A program made the translations under genes and the position numbers. A stretch of DNA of 64,000 nucleotides from Tubiluchus corallicola (lineage: Eukaryota; Animalia; Priapulida), in assembly GCA_030141605.1 (NCBI GenBank), contig JAQGDQ010000550.1, positions 80,807-144,806 on the forward strand, given 5' to 3'. Within the stretch, counting starts at the first letter, position 1, and every line of letters begins with the position of its first letter. Of the stretch, positions 1 to 13,934 are shown one piece after another. The notes under the pieces were generated by a model, which did not search any database, had not been told where the DNA came from, and saw only the letters and a program-made list of their open reading frames with translations.

Positions 1-335
1 TACTTGTTTTATCAAAAGCGAATACTAGGATGACTAACTAAAACTGACGATAGTAAGAGTACGTTACGGTTATTAATTGTTATACAACATTGAAAACCCA
101 TTTTGGTCAAACCCAACTCATAACGTAGTTCCAAATCTGGTTTCGTTTCCCAAAGTTAAATGCCTTTCAAGTTCTTATACACGTTAAACCTTGTTATGTT
201 CTTGGACGTTTAATTGGTAAATCGTTCGGACAAGAAAATGAGGCTTGGTATACAGTAATTCGTTTTATGCAGCCGTTATAAGCCAATATACAATCATAAT
301 TAATTGTGGAGTGATATTTTCAATGCGAATGACAT

Positions 336-345
336 GTCACGTGAC
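336..345. promoter_or_regulatory. Palindromic GTCACGTGAC E-box (CLEAR/USF/MiT-TFE type) in putative RNF141 promoter
   Basis: Perfect palindrome TGTCACGTGACA (335-346) upstream of a candidate non-coding first exon ending at a CAG|gtagat donor near 540. Function is inferred. Confidence 0.5.
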
Positions 346-973
346 ACGTAGCATTATTACCACGGTAAAAAACCCAACCTTTAATTAAATGAAGAACTCT
401 CGTTCTTTGTTTGTTGAGTTCTCTTCAACTTTTTTGCAAAGTTGTGGATGCAGAAAATGTGTACTCATATCAAGAACCATTTGATTGTACTTGTAGATTA
501 GATTAGACAGAGAATGTAATATCTGCTATTCTTAAACAGGTAGATTTATTTCACATACATGGAATAGTAACAGACCTGTATTATATGGCAGTTAAGAAAA
601 TGAAAATGAGAGGCTTTTGCCCATATTTTAAATTTATTATAATTTTTTATTTTAGTCACTATGTCAAGTTCTTATTCAGTGTTTCAATTATTTCAGTGAA
701 AGTTTGAAACAGGTAGAAGAGAAGTTGGAGTTGGTATAATTCTGCTGAAATTAATTTCATATAATTTAGATGAAGTTAAGAGCATTAGTCGGAGTTTTAG
801 CATGATTGCGTCATACACCATTCCAATTTAACTGTTTTTGAGATTTTGGTGGTAACGATTAAGCATTGAAGTCTCTTATGTTAATTCACATGAAGTTTGA
901 GAAGCTGTGAAGTGTTTGCAGTAATATTTTGCGTGCCTCTTTCAAATTATTATTTTTTAAGGTATTCAAAAAG

Positions 974-3880
974 ATGGGCGGTATTTCCTCGACATCCACG
1001 TCCGATGCGAATTTTGCCGTGTTGCAAGATGCTGTCCTCAGACATGCTGGAACATTGAAAAGATTGACAACGTTACGATATGACGAGTTTCTTAGATGCA
1101 TTGAACACTTAAATAACCTGTAGGTATTTGTAATTGTTACAATCTTTGAAATACAAGATAAAACGTGACTTTTTCACGTGTAGGCTGTTAAACTAGTCTA
1201 GTGTTTTCCATTAGTTAGCTTTTAGGGCACTTCAGTCTTATTGTGGAACTCCAGAACTAATATTTTCATTTAGACACATAGGGTAATTTGAAAAAGTCTC
1301 TTTCTTAGAATGCTATTTGGGTAGTAAGAGAAATTTTACAAAACAAACGAGTATATTTGAGTTGAGTTATAAAACTTTCTTTATTTTATTTTTTTTGTAT
1401 AATCTATATTATCGATTGTTTAACATTAAATAATTTAAAATTGTACGTGTGATTTTGGTAAGTTGTGAGAGATTTTGTATGAAGGAGGCCACATTAATTC
1501 TTGCTCACTGAAATATATGTATCGTATTGTTAAACTTCAGTACCAAAGATTTCTGTGATCCACATGGAAAACGGCTTGTTTTTGCTGTTAAAAGAGGTAC
1601 TGATGACACCGTGCTTTGGAAAGCTATGGTCAGAATTCGCTGTATAAAGGTACATTCTTTAATAGTAGACGCAAGTAGAACTTTTTATTTTTTTTAACAT
1701 CTACCAGAAGGAAAAGGCAGATCTTTTTTATCGTCAAAGATCAAAACTAGCAGTTAGGGCAATTGTTGATGATAGACCACATTTTGTAATAATGAATTCA
1801 AAACAAATGAGAAAGATATTAAAATATCAGTATCAACTCATTGTTTGTGGGTTGATCTAGAAAGATTAAATAAATATGTTGTTTTCTTCAGATTTGGTAC
1901 ATTTTAAATTCACAAGAAATCCAGTAATTAAATGTTAAAATACTGATTCTGTTTCAGATTAACATCGAAAGTGGTCGACCAGAGTCCAGCCGCTTGCTGA
2001 ACCTAAAACAGTTTGTAGATTTTTATAATGTGATAACCCAACAAGTGGCTACCCTTGCTAGTCAAGCTGAAAGTTCTACTGGAAGGAGCACACTTAACGG
2101 TTCATGCTCTACTCATTGTGAGGAAACTGGTGATAGTGAAAAACTTGGAGCATGTGCACATGACCTGGAGGCATCTGTACTCTTGACAACGTATGTTACC
2201 ATTAAATTGTACATTTTTTATAAAAGGGGAGATGAAAGAAAAAAATGCAAGTTATAGAGCTGTAACGATACATATCGCGATACTAACCTCAGGATACAAT
2301 ACACCTGAGTTAACATTTTTAGGTTTTATAAAAAGGTTAGATGAAGCTGTTGATAACTCTTTAATTAACCGTTTGATTTTTATTTATTACTTTTGTAATG
2401 TCTAAGCTATTGCTTGCAGTGTAAGTCACCAGAAAAGAAAAACATATCAGTACTTTACATTTAAAAATTGCTTGTACATTTTCTGGTTCACTTGGCCATT
2501 TCACAAGTTTATGTGTAAACAGCGTAATTAGCCTTCTACAAATTAAAAACTTTGCGTATTCAGCAGCTTTTGGCTGCTAGCAGTGCCTGTGTCAACTCAG
2601 CTACTGCTCACTGCCGTGGTTGTTACATATCTACACTCCACAGCTGCAGCTTGGGTTACTTTACATCATCTTTATCAGCATATGGTCAAGTCTTCTAACT
2701 GCTAAATATCACTGACTCAGTTTATCATGATATGAGTGCACTTTGGCGATACGTATATCGTAATAAAAGATATTACAATGCATCGATACATTGACGTATC
2801 ATTACAAGCCTGTTAGAAGTTATCTTTTTTTCTTAATTTCACATTGTAGTGCATGGAACAAGTTCTTCAAGATTTGAATCTTATTTTTAAAAAATACGAA
2901 AGTTATAGCTTGAAGCAAGTTTACTTTACAATATTTTTTGTTCAGTCTAGATTCTAGTGCAGCTAAGAAAAGTGATACAACGGAATGTTGCATCTGTATG
3001 GAGAGGCAAACGGAACTACTCTTACCCTGTGCTCACCAATACTGCTTGCAGTGCATTGAACAATGGTAGGCTGATTTGTTTATATTTTTGTTGTTTTTTC
3101 TTGCCTTGTGTTTATTAAATGTATTTGTTAACTAATCTTGTTAATTGTACTAACTTCTAAGAGCATCTAAGACCTTCTGGTTGCATTTACTGAAATAATC
3201 TATATGATTTTGTTTCTTGATGGGGTTGGATGCAGCACGATAACTCCAGCTTGCAACTCGAACTCGGAAGTTTTTGTAAACCTAGCATTTTTTGTCCCAG
3301 TGTTTTGACTGTATTCTTGTGAATGTGTTCGACCTGTACAGCAAGGCAAAACCTTGTCACCCTTGATTAGTGTATTTTTACTTGCAGTTATCTTACTTTT
3401 ATTGTGTGTTGGCTATTTTAATTTCCTCAATTTCCTAGGTCCAAGTTTGATTGCAGACACTTGATTATTCACAATTGGAAAAGTTTCTGTACAGACTGTT
3501 TAATAAATGAATGGTACTTTTATAACCGAAACTGGTCTATTATGTGCACCTCTATTATGTATACTTCTTTCACCAATGCCTGATAAAGATTACTATTTTT
3601 ATCATGTTGAAAATTATAATTAACTTTTCAGCCAATAGATGGCAGGATTTCACTTGTACTTTAGGTGTACTACATATCTTTGTATTCTCACTTATTACAG
3701 ACTGTGTATTAACTTCAGTTTTATTTCAGGAACGTGACAAACAAAACATGTCCAATATGTCGCCATCGACTCAATAGCACGGACGATTCGTGGGTTCTAA
3801 CGGAAATGCCGGATTCAAGGGAAATGGAGGCCGAATTACGAAATTATTTAATGAATTTCACAAAAGCCGATACTGGTTGA
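974..3880 (+). CDS. RNF141: RING finger protein 141-like E3 ligase, 5 coding exons, ~252 aa
   Basis: Exons 974-1119, 1541-1649, 1958-2190, 2946-3065, 3730-3880, all GT-AG with consistent phases. N-terminal MGGISS myristoylation motif. RING-HC CCICMERQTELLLPCAHQYCLQCIEQWNVTNKTCPIC followed by DDSWVLTE, as remembered for RNF141. Confidence 0.9.
2255..2811. mobile_element. Degenerate hAT-like MITE in RNF141 intron
   Basis: Ends agagctgtaacgatac... and ...gtatcattacaagcct form an imperfect inverted pair, with repeated cgatac/atatcg subterminal motifs. Confidence 0.45.
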
Positions 3881-6800
3881 TAAAATATGGAGATATAAGT
3901 GTTGGCCAAATTATATGCAACATTTAACAGTATTTGTCACTGTAAACATAGAATGCTGTTTTCCGTTTTCAACATGGATCTGTTCTTCCCTGGTCTGTCT
4001 TTGTTCTGTTCTAAAGTTGTATCGATATTTTACAGACAGAATAAGAGTTTAGTACAACTGTCGTTGAAGGTTTTGTAGTCGGGCTGGTTTTATTTAAAGA
4101 ATTATTTAAAGAACTTGTGCTAGTTGGCATAAAATTGTAGATTGTATATATTGTGTATTGTAAATGTGCTGCTCAAACATTTTTGTTTTTAAATTACAGC
4201 CTACGGTTATTTATTCCATTTACTTAACTAATTTGCGGAAAATTTCAAAAAGCTTTTTCCAGTAGACCTTTGATATGGTTATAGTGGTCCTAGAACAATA
4301 TTCTCCACTCAATTAGAATAAGTAATTGAATAAAGTTCAAAATTTTATATTTTGTAAACAGTATATTGCAGAATGCATTACTCTATGTTGTGATCAAATT
4401 ATGATAATTATATAAATAGTGTTAAAGATATTCAATTATATTTATATATGGTACTCGGTATTTCTTTTGATCACCTGCGTTGTTCCCGATTATCGTCATC
4501 ATTATCGTCATCGTTCAAGTTATTACAACAGCAATTGTAAAAACATTTGTCAGTTTTAAGATGCCTTAAATATAATATGACTTTGTTAAGTCACATTATT
4601 GCAGTTTTGAGTAGCTTGTGTTACATTTATTTAATTCATTATACTTTTCTTTTATTACAAATTTTTCTTTCATATCCACATTTATATGAACGGCAGTGCA
4701 AGAAGCATTTTTCTAGTTACTCACTGCTGTTATTTTTTGTCTTGTTTATTATTTATTAGCATTTCTCTTTTTACCAACTCTTTATGTGTTGTGTTTACTT
4801 GTAGTATAGAAACTGTCTAATAGTGATAAACAGTGTGGTATCTACTTTTCAAACGAATGTAATTTTATTCTAAATACCTGCAATACCAAGGACATTTGTT
4901 TTAGATAACATGTTGCATTCATACTTGTGTTCCGGTGATGGTTAAACATTTAATAACTTTTATACTAAATTGATACCTAAACACCATGTACTTAAAAAGC
5001 AAAAACAAGCAAACGAGTTAAAGTCATATTGTCTGGTAATATTTTTCATTCATCATGTGATAGTCTTGTATACATAATATGAAATAGTGACTGACATCTG
5101 TTACTGGAATTAATTAGTAAACAGGATTTTCCAGAAGTGAGAATGTTGAAAAGATGTACATGCAAAATGACAAATCGTAAGTTAGCTTGCCACTGTGGCA
5201 AAACAGTCCCATCAGTTCTGGATTTTGTGTCTTGTTTCAGTAGTTTGCATCCTTAATATTGTTATTCGTGAATTAACGCGACTCTGGGTTGTCAGTAAGC
5301 TTAGCCAATTATTTTGTGATGCTAATAAATTATAATACTAACTAATTTGTAAGATAGGTAGTGGGATATTTTTAATTTTGAGGTGTAATGTATTTTGTGT
5401 TTGTTATTTAGCCAGATTATTAAATGCTCATGTTGCAGAACGATGTGTGTTGAAATGTTATCTTTGAATTAAATTGGTCAATCTTATTTAGCAAATTTAC
5501 TGGTGATTTATATAGCTGATGCAGTCAACTATAGTCTCTTCGTAACAACTACTTGTACAGTGTATTGCTGTTATTAATTACTGTTACTAAAATTTAATCC
5601 TCGTTTTGCTTTTGTTATTTAGTGTAAACAAAGATTGTTTATTTATAATAAACCTATTATTTATAATGTATTTGCCTGATCTTGAAAATACTGTTGATTT
5701 TTTGTGTTGATAATAAGTGAAACGGGTTTCATATTGCATTATTCAAGGTTACAGAAGCGCCAAGCCTTTGCGTACATTGCATACGTTTTGTATATCATTG
5801 TTAACTAATTAATTTATTGACGAAAATGAGTCCACAAACTAAACATTGGGTCCAAATGTCTGCAAGAATGATCTGTAGAGCTTACTGTTACAAAAGGCGT
5901 GTTAGATTATGAGATACTGATTTAATGGCGCCTATTCTATGGAAATTTTGAGTAAATCAGATATAACAATATTGTTAACATTGTTTTGACGAAACCCTAA
6001 CCGCGAGTTACGTCACAACAGTCTTGTAGTAATCTGCCTCCTTGCAAGAAATCAATTCTGTCTTATCAAAAGCACAGTCACTTTATCATAAGATGTTCTG
6101 ATTTCCTTGTTCCAATGAAAAGGTCTTACATATAGGCACAGGACAACACGGGCAGACATTCATTTTCAATACAAAAGTTTTTATCAACGTGCAACAATAA
6201 CAGCATTGAATCTCTGTTATTAGGAAAAAAACTTGCACGTCACCCATTCGCTTTGCGGGGGACCACGCCCACTCCGCCCACGCTCCTTTTAATTCTCAGA
6301 GCCTGTTATTATTTTGTATCGTGAACAAGAGTTATTTTGCTTTATGAAGCAATTACATCAACGAACAATAAACAGGCAGTCTAAAGTAGTCGCTCGCAGT
6401 TGGAAATTATTTCCAACAGGGTATGACGTAGGCGATTGACCAAACTACCTGACGAGGAGTATGTTAGTTATTTTTAAATTTTCTATTGACACCTACGCTA
6501 ACATTGATATTACATTGTCATTTCCGGGGGACCTTCTTTGCCCATTGTAGGCAGCCTGTTAGCGCTACAATTCTGTAAGAAATTATCCGCAAACTGCACT
6601 TATGTCTTGATCAGGTGCTTAATGAAGCCATGTAGGGCTTCCTTTTAATCTGAAAGAACCGTATGTCTCAGCGCCTGATGCTTACTTTAACGCGAGGGCG
6701 TTGTTCGACGACGCAGGATCGAATGTTCCATGTTGTTTAACACACTGTCATTTAAAACATTTAAAATAACAATTTATTTATATACACAACTAGTTCAAAT

Positions 6801-7934
6801 CCCTTATGCATTTCGTTCAATTTTTTGGAGATTTACAAAACTATATGTGAACCGTTAGGACGTAGAGAATTTAAAAATTTATCTGTACATTTTTTCAAAA
6901 TTTCATTAGCAGCCATTTTGAAATTTAAAATGGCCGCTCCGCTACGAATGTCCAAACGTTGCTCTTATTCTGCTTCATTATCCATTTTGATTTTTCAAAA
7001 ATGTATAGGATATCTAATATTCAAAAATTTGGAACGAAGTTTATGACCAGTACATTACATACCAGACTAAACGGTGAATTGCACTTACATATGAAATTCA
7101 CTGAGCGCATATCGTTAGATTCACATTGAGCAACAAAGGAACTTTAACTGTAACTGAGCAGCAAAGGAAACCTTAATGCAATGAAGCATTGTACTTTGAT
7201 TACAATAAATATATTTATTTTTCAGGCGACCATGCTGTTTTTCTCTTTCTTTTTTATTTCATATTACATTTTTCACTTACCACGAATACTACTGATTTGA
7301 ATTTCGATAGCTTCACAGGATCTAGCAGTATTATTGAGAATACAGGCAGTTTTCTTCCAGTTTAATTAAAGCATATATTTAAACAATAAACGCTAACTAA
7401 AAAGAACTCTTGTGAACTAGAAAGAAAATGTTGAAATAAAATCGAGGTTATTCCTAGTTAATTTTAGTCCTATTAGAAAAATTATTTGTTGTAAATGTTT
7501 AGTCTTACAAAATTTGTAAAAAGTTTAAAGTTATATCCTTGACGGTGACTGGTTCAGAAAGTGCTAAAGAAAACAAAAATCCATGCCTGTTTGCACTAGC
7601 CGTTGCTGTGTTGTGTTAACCAAGACTACTTCTGATTTAAATAGCTAAGTTCCGGTCCCAGTACAGCTGTCTGTTATCTACGTTAAGTCCTGACATTAAG
7701 CTTGCAGTATCAAAATATATATAATTAAAATCTGAATTTAAAGACATTTAAGTCCAAAACAAACAAACAAACACTCAGACAGAAAAACAAACAAACAGGT
7801 AAACAGCTAATTATTTTATTTAAAAAATAATTGCTTCTAGAGGAAGAAAACGTTAAGGCAAAAATCTTCGCACGGTTTGGATTCGAACCTGGGTTAAGAC
7901 ATCAACTTGACAATGCAGACGCAAGCAAGCAAGC

Positions 7935-8630
7935 TTTTGAGCAAATATCTGTACACATTGCAGGTGCAAAGCAAACACCTCATGGCTATTTGAGCAGCAG
8001 AGGAAATGTAAACAAGCATTGTGATTTGAGCATTACAACTGTGCACGCTGCTAGTGCAAGTAATCACAATGTACGTTGAGCTTAGCAACTGTGCACGTGT
8101 AAGCAGATGTGGTACTTTGAGGCTGTGTGTTATAACTGCGCGTAGTGTTTATTAATGCTAGCAGATTTGGCTATTGAGCATTGCAACTATGCACACTGCA
8201 CAGTGCTAATGCAATCAAGCACATAGTATGCTCTGCTAATGCAAGCGGATATAGAAATTTTGGGCATTGCAAACGTGCGAAGTACTACTTATGCCAACAA
8301 CTATGGTGCTTTGAGTACTATACTTGTGCACAAGTACTTGTTAACTGCAACTGCGCACAGTTACTAAGCTCAAAGTACATTGTGATTACTTGCACTAGCA
8401 GCGTGAATAGTTGTTTTGAGCACTGCAGCGTTTTGAGCACTGCAACTGTGCACGCAATTAATGCAAGCAGAGCTGGCTATTTTGAGCATTGCAGCTGTAC
8501 ACACATTACTTGCTAACGCATGCAAATATGTTGCAAAACTTGCTTTAAGCATTGAAAGTGTGCACAGAACTGCTAATGCGAGCAAACATGGTTCACGGCA
8601 TTGCAACTGTGCACAGCTAATGCAAATAGG
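7935..8630. repeat. Degenerate minisatellite, ~11 units of ~45-60 bp, core gagcattgcaactgtgcac
   Basis: Core recurs near 7938, 8028, 8078, 8176, 8262, 8311, 8345, 8435, 8483, 8548 and 8597. Includes a 51-bp inverted copy (8044-8094 vs 8355-8405). Confidence 0.75.
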
Positions 8631-8739
8631 CACAATAATTTTAAAGCTATCCTTAGGTTTCTTAGGATGCACTGTGCAGCGCAAAGTTCCAGTAATCTTG
8701 CTGACCTTTGCAGCAGCTGGGGCACCATAAAGCGAATCT

Positions 8740-9330
8740 CTCTGTAATTAGTGAACTAATCGCCAAGCTTTCTAAACCTCTAATTAGCATCAGCTATGAC
8801 GTCAGTCGCGGGTTATTAATCTTAATATACTCAAAAGCTCAATGTCAGTATGATCGGTCTCAGGCGGTTACATCACTCATTACCGAAGCCGTTTCTGATC
8901 AGGTGCACTCATTCATGATTCACCAGAGGCACGTGACATTTTTAAGGCTAAATTAGCTGACCCATTTTCGTTTACCCCGGACGTGAGCTCTATGCTTGTC
9001 TGCGCATGCTCCTAGGTTGTCGAGCAGTGTTCGTGACTAAAAGTTTTCTTAGCGCATGCGCGGCAGTTGCTGAAGCCAAATGGCAGGTGTGCCATGTAAT
9101 TAAGCGGTATGCTATTAATAAATAAACTCATGTCCTCCTACGCGCTAGACGTATTCTAAGGTTAATAGTACTTTGGTAGACGCAGTGTGATTAATCTGGA
9201 TCATGCAGGGGGGAGTTGTATAAATTTTGCACGTAGCTTGAATACTAATTAGCAAATTAATTTAGCTTGCTGCTGATAATCTTAATGTTCTTTCACATCA
9301 TATCTTTCTGTTTGTTAGCAAGACAGCTGC
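8740..9330. promoter_or_regulatory. Motif-dense intergenic block, candidate enhancer
   Basis: CRE TGACGTCA 8797-8804, E-box CACGTG near 8930, NRF1-like GCGCATGC(GC) near 9002 and 9052, and many TAATTA homeodomain cores. Richer in CpG than its flanks. Confidence 0.4.
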
Positions 9331-10312
9331 TTTATCATAAGACATATATAGGTTTATGTCTTCAACGTCAACGGGCTTCAATATCAGCTAGTGCTGAAAC
9401 CAGTTAATTAGTAAGGCAAAGTTGTTAGATATCAACCACTGATTTAGCCCTACATTTCAATAATATTCTCACTATAGTTCTAGTCAATTTTCTTTTCTGT
9501 CACTTCTTTCCTTTCCTTTCAGTTCCCCTCCCCTCTTCTTTTCTTTTTTTTGAAAAATACGTACTCATCCCATTCATGTTTTAACTTTGTAAATTATTAA
9601 TTTGAGCAGGTTTAAAAAAGGGATATAACTGATGTAATTTACGTTTTCAATGTCTTAACTAACAGACCAGTGCGCAGCGTGGCCATACCCTTACAGATGC
9701 CAGAAATGTTTTAAGAAAAACAACAAAACTGTAAAAGTACTAGAAATAATTTTAACAGCGATCTGTTCTTACGCCTGTCGTAAATACTATACTGATTAAT
9801 AAACGTTCGACCTCCTCCACTTGAAATTGTGTGTATATAAAGTTTCTAACATAGAAGCACGTTGATTTATTGTATAGGACATGGATTTCAAACTTCAAAA
9901 ATAACAAGAGCATAACAAATAAATAATGCTGCCTGGAGAAGGCATAAAACTTCCAAGAAGCAGCCATTTTCGTGGCAGAACACTACGCTCTTTTTTACTT
10001 TTTCAGTAACTTCTTAGATCACTGACTGTATTTGTTCACAAGGCGACAAATTATTATAGAAAGAAGTGATATATAGGGCTATACGTTCCTGCTTGGAGGA
10101 ATTTAGGAAGTGCTGTGAAATATTTTTGCAAACGATTATTTGAGAACGTTTAGTCAGCAAAAGTGTTACAGCTTACCATTATTTGGGTTTTATTTTCAAG
10201 TTTATTTCGGTGAAAAGTCGTAACAGAAAAACACGCATCGCAGTTACAGACGTAGAGTGCTTTCAGTGCATTATATTTAACTTGAGTGTGTATCAATGAC
10301 AATTAATTAATA

Positions 10313-10406
<94 letters not shown>
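10313..10406. repeat. (ATT)n microsatellite
   Basis: Direct reading. Confidence 0.97.
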
Positions 10407-10408
<2 letters not shown>

Positions 10409-10669
10409 AAATATCGTTAACATGATAATGAGTAATAAGACTAAATAATTTAAAACTATCATTTATAACTGAAGAAATCATTTTTCTAATTCTACAAGCA
10501 GTAACATATTTTAAAGCAAAACACAGTTCTTACAGTTTCTAATGGTTGCAGATCCAAATTTTTAAAACTGAGTAATTCGTTACTATTTGACGTGTTACAT
10601 GTTTTAAAACAAAAACTTAAAGAAATGTCTCCGAACACGTGTAATAAAATCGACTGTTGCTTTAAAAGG

Positions 10670-10902
10670 AGGTACAGCATCTGTTTTTTGTGCAATGCGT
10701 TTCCGAAATGCAGCTGTTCGTGCTCGCCTAAGCAGCGAATGGCGAAATGCAAGTAATAGTGAAGAACTAGACGCGTAAACGCGAAACTGGGTTTGCGTGG
10801 CAATAATTGTCTTACGAAAGTCATCCTTTAAAAAATAGTATGCTTCCCTTCAATATTTTGAAGAATACGTGGTTTAACCTACAGTTGGGGCCGGTTTTGC
10901 TT
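10670..10902. mobile_element. Partial arm of the long-TIR element family also at 11240-13319 and 44127-44708
   Basis: gtacagcatctgttttttgtgcaatgcgtttccgaaatgcag matches 11582-11622 and the reverse complement of 44325-44364. Confidence 0.75.
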
Positions 10903-11239
10903 TAAATAAGGTGACTAAACTGGCGTAGCACATTTTAGTAAAGGTCTAACTAACATAACTTAGGCTTTATATTCTACCATTAAAGCGTCCTCATTCTCGT
11001 ACGAAAACAGAGACACTATCTAGGTTGCTTGTCAGTGCCATATGCATATAATCTAACCTGGCACTATCCCAGACCAGTGGAATCAATGCATGACGGTGAT
11101 CAGGGTCACCCTTCTAGCTCAATAAAATAATAATATTTCAAGTTATCCAGCGCTTGCGCAACACGCAGTTAACATTTCCGAAATACTAGAGCCACATGAT
11201 AAAACGGTCGCCGCTTTCTGGTATCGATATTTACGTTAA

Positions 11240-13319
11240 AGAAAACACAATTGTTATTCTTACCCGTTTTGAAGTACTGTAAAAAAAAATATACAATTTA
11301 ACACGTATAGTAATGCCAAGGCGTTTCTGACAGTCATGTAATAGGTAAAAACACTTAATCCACGAGGGGCGAGCCCACTTTCATAATTTCAACAGCACAA
11401 ACAGTCAATGAGCGTGATTGTGAACATTGAAGTAGAGTGCTGCTATAAGATACTCAGTATGACATACATTAGTTCATCAAATTTTAAGTTTAAAATTCGA
11501 ATCTCAAGTTTGCCGCAGTGCTCGCGCATGAGCTCTCGAAAGTGTGCACTACGTCACAACTGAACACCTTTGAGTGGAGATGTACAGCGCCTGTTTTTGT
11601 GCAACGCGTTTCCGAAATGCAGGCGCTAGTGCCCATTCAACTAGCGAATGGCGAAATACATGTAACAGCGGAACTAGCCGCGTGAAAGTAAAGTTGCGTT
11701 TCTGTGGTTACACTTCTTTCATTTAAATGTTTCTTGAAAAATTAGTATGTTCCCATTCGACATCTTGTACTATAAATTGTTTGGATAGATGGTTTAGGAT
11801 TGGGTCTGGTTTTTCTGTAATATTTGCTGATATTTGTCGTGTGCCAGATACTGCCTGCGTTTAGCCACTGTCTTGTTAAACTTGATGTACGGAAGCTTTC
11901 AATGTAGCCGCGTTTTGCGTAGCATCCGGATGCATACGCGTTTTTACCTGCGGAATAGCTGTAGAAAAAAATAACGCATACGCAGGCTGCATAAACGAGC
12001 GCATTGAAAACAATAACACCGATTTTATCTATTCCGCACCGCACCGCCCCCCCCCCCCCAAACGCGCACGAATCCGTAAACGCCACTTAAACGTGATTTT
12101 AAATTTATGTTTGCATTGTAAAATAACTTTTTACAATAAAGAATAAATAACAAATTGATAACAATGAGCGCCAAGTTCAATTTAATTAAACGCTCCCATT
12201 ATGAAGACGCAAAAACCGGGGTCATCCCATTTGTGTGTTTTAAGTTCCACAAAAGTAAAACTCTCGACTTTCTCTTAGGGGTGCGTTTTTTCTATTCTGG
12301 AGTAAGTAAATAATTTAAATGCGCATATGTTTTGCTTATAGATTATTTGGTCAAAGACCGCATATAACCGACAAAGTTTAGCATAACTTCAATACGATGT
12401 CATTAAAGTTATAGTACCGCCTGGTATTTACTACATATTTCTTTTTACCACGTGTGAAACACGCCTAAAATAAAATAATGGAAATCTTACGAGAGTGAGA
12501 TAACGACTGTCTGGAAATTTCCTAGTATGCCTGGACGAACATGAATTATTTGTTTCACTGCGCATGCGCAAAAATAAAATTTTTTTCGCTAAGTACGCGC
12601 CATGTACGGGCTACGATTATTTTGGAAAATCCTGAGTTACGTGCTTCCGCGAAATTCAGTGTTCTCATAATAATTACAAATAGCAACTGGGCGAAAAGTT
12701 ATAATTGATAATTGAACCAAAATGGCACAAAATCGTTTCATTCGAGCCATGTATTATATTTTTTGTTTTGTACTCTGAAAATCAATCCTCATTTATACTG
12801 ACATTAATTATGTAGTAGGCTTATAGCAAAACAGGACCCAATCTTAAACTGTAGTTCAAAACAACCTACTCTTTAAAATATAGAAAGGAAACACAATTTT
12901 TTTTCAGAATGCCTTACGTGGAAGAATTATTACTACACGAACACAATTTCGTGTTCGCGCCACTAGTCCTTCGCTGTTACATGCATTTCGCCATTCGGCA
13001 GTTAGACGGAAAAACAGGTGCAATACCTCTTAGTTCAGATGTGTTTGTTTGTGACGAACCACACATGTTCGACAGCTCATGCGTGAGCATAGCGGCAAAT
13101 TTAAAATTTGAGTTTTTATCTTAAAATTTGTCTAGTTTTAGTACAACGCACTGAATATCTTACAGTAGCACTTAGTTTGTGATGTCATCAATAGTTGGGC
13201 CTGTTTTTAATCTGCTATTTAATTATCTGAACGCTTTTGCAGCGTTAATTGTGTTAAAATGTATACTTTTTATCGGACTTGAAAATTGGATTATATATGA
13301 AAAATCATCCCGTCTTCCT
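11240..13319. mobile_element. Non-autonomous long-TIR DNA transposon, Kolobok/T2-like, TTAA-flanked
   Basis: TTAA at 11236-11239 and 13320-13323. Left arm (~11240-11720) is the diverged reverse complement of the right arm (~12825-13319). Right terminus reads AGGAAG after TTAA on the minus strand. No transposase ORF. Confidence 0.65.
11903..12087. mobile_element. Tourist/PIF-Harbinger-like MITE nested in the larger element; same family as 58461-58673
   Basis: Shares gtagcatccgga..gcg and the terminus taaacgccact-TAA with the 58461-58673 copy. Confidence 0.55.
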
Positions 13320-13933
13320 TTAAATACAAGGTGGTACATAACCTTTTGCTGTGGTGGTACAGAAACAACGGCTACAGGACAAAATATTTTATTACATCAA
13401 AGTACTGCTCAAACAATAGCAAATTTGTCATACTCTGAAAATATTCAGTGTCTCGAGTATGGAAGCCTCGTACGTCTGCAGTCTTGAGGGGTATGACTGA
13501 AGCAGCGAATTGCTGAATGCTGATGTTTTTTTATCATCGTTTAGCGTCCATTCGGTGTTTCCCGATAGCTTCAATGTGTTTGGCAAAATAATCCCAGAGC
13601 TTTCAGGTCACTGCTTCAAGGTCATACTGCTCGAGATTGCATGTTGTGCGAGATGTATGAAAGCTCACTAAATTTTGAGTGCATGATAGATTCGCTGTTG
13701 TTTGAGCAACATTTTTATATAATAAATTGTTCTGTACTGTTACTCGTTGTTTTTACCCCCGTCCAAGGTTACCCCTCTCACAAATGGTTATGCACTGCCT
13801 TGTATTATTTGGTTTTAGACTCAATGGACACCATTGATTATATCAACGGTTGCGTTTTTTTTGTGATTTATCCTTGAGTACAGTTTATAAGCTCTTTAGT
13901 ATTTATCTTCTTTTTGCTCCAGTAACAACTACC

Positions 13934-13934
<1 letters not shown>

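Noticed and set aside
7935-8630. CRISPR-like repeat-spacer array
   Set aside because: The repeats are highly degenerate, the spacers resemble each other, the context is eukaryotic and there are no cas genes.
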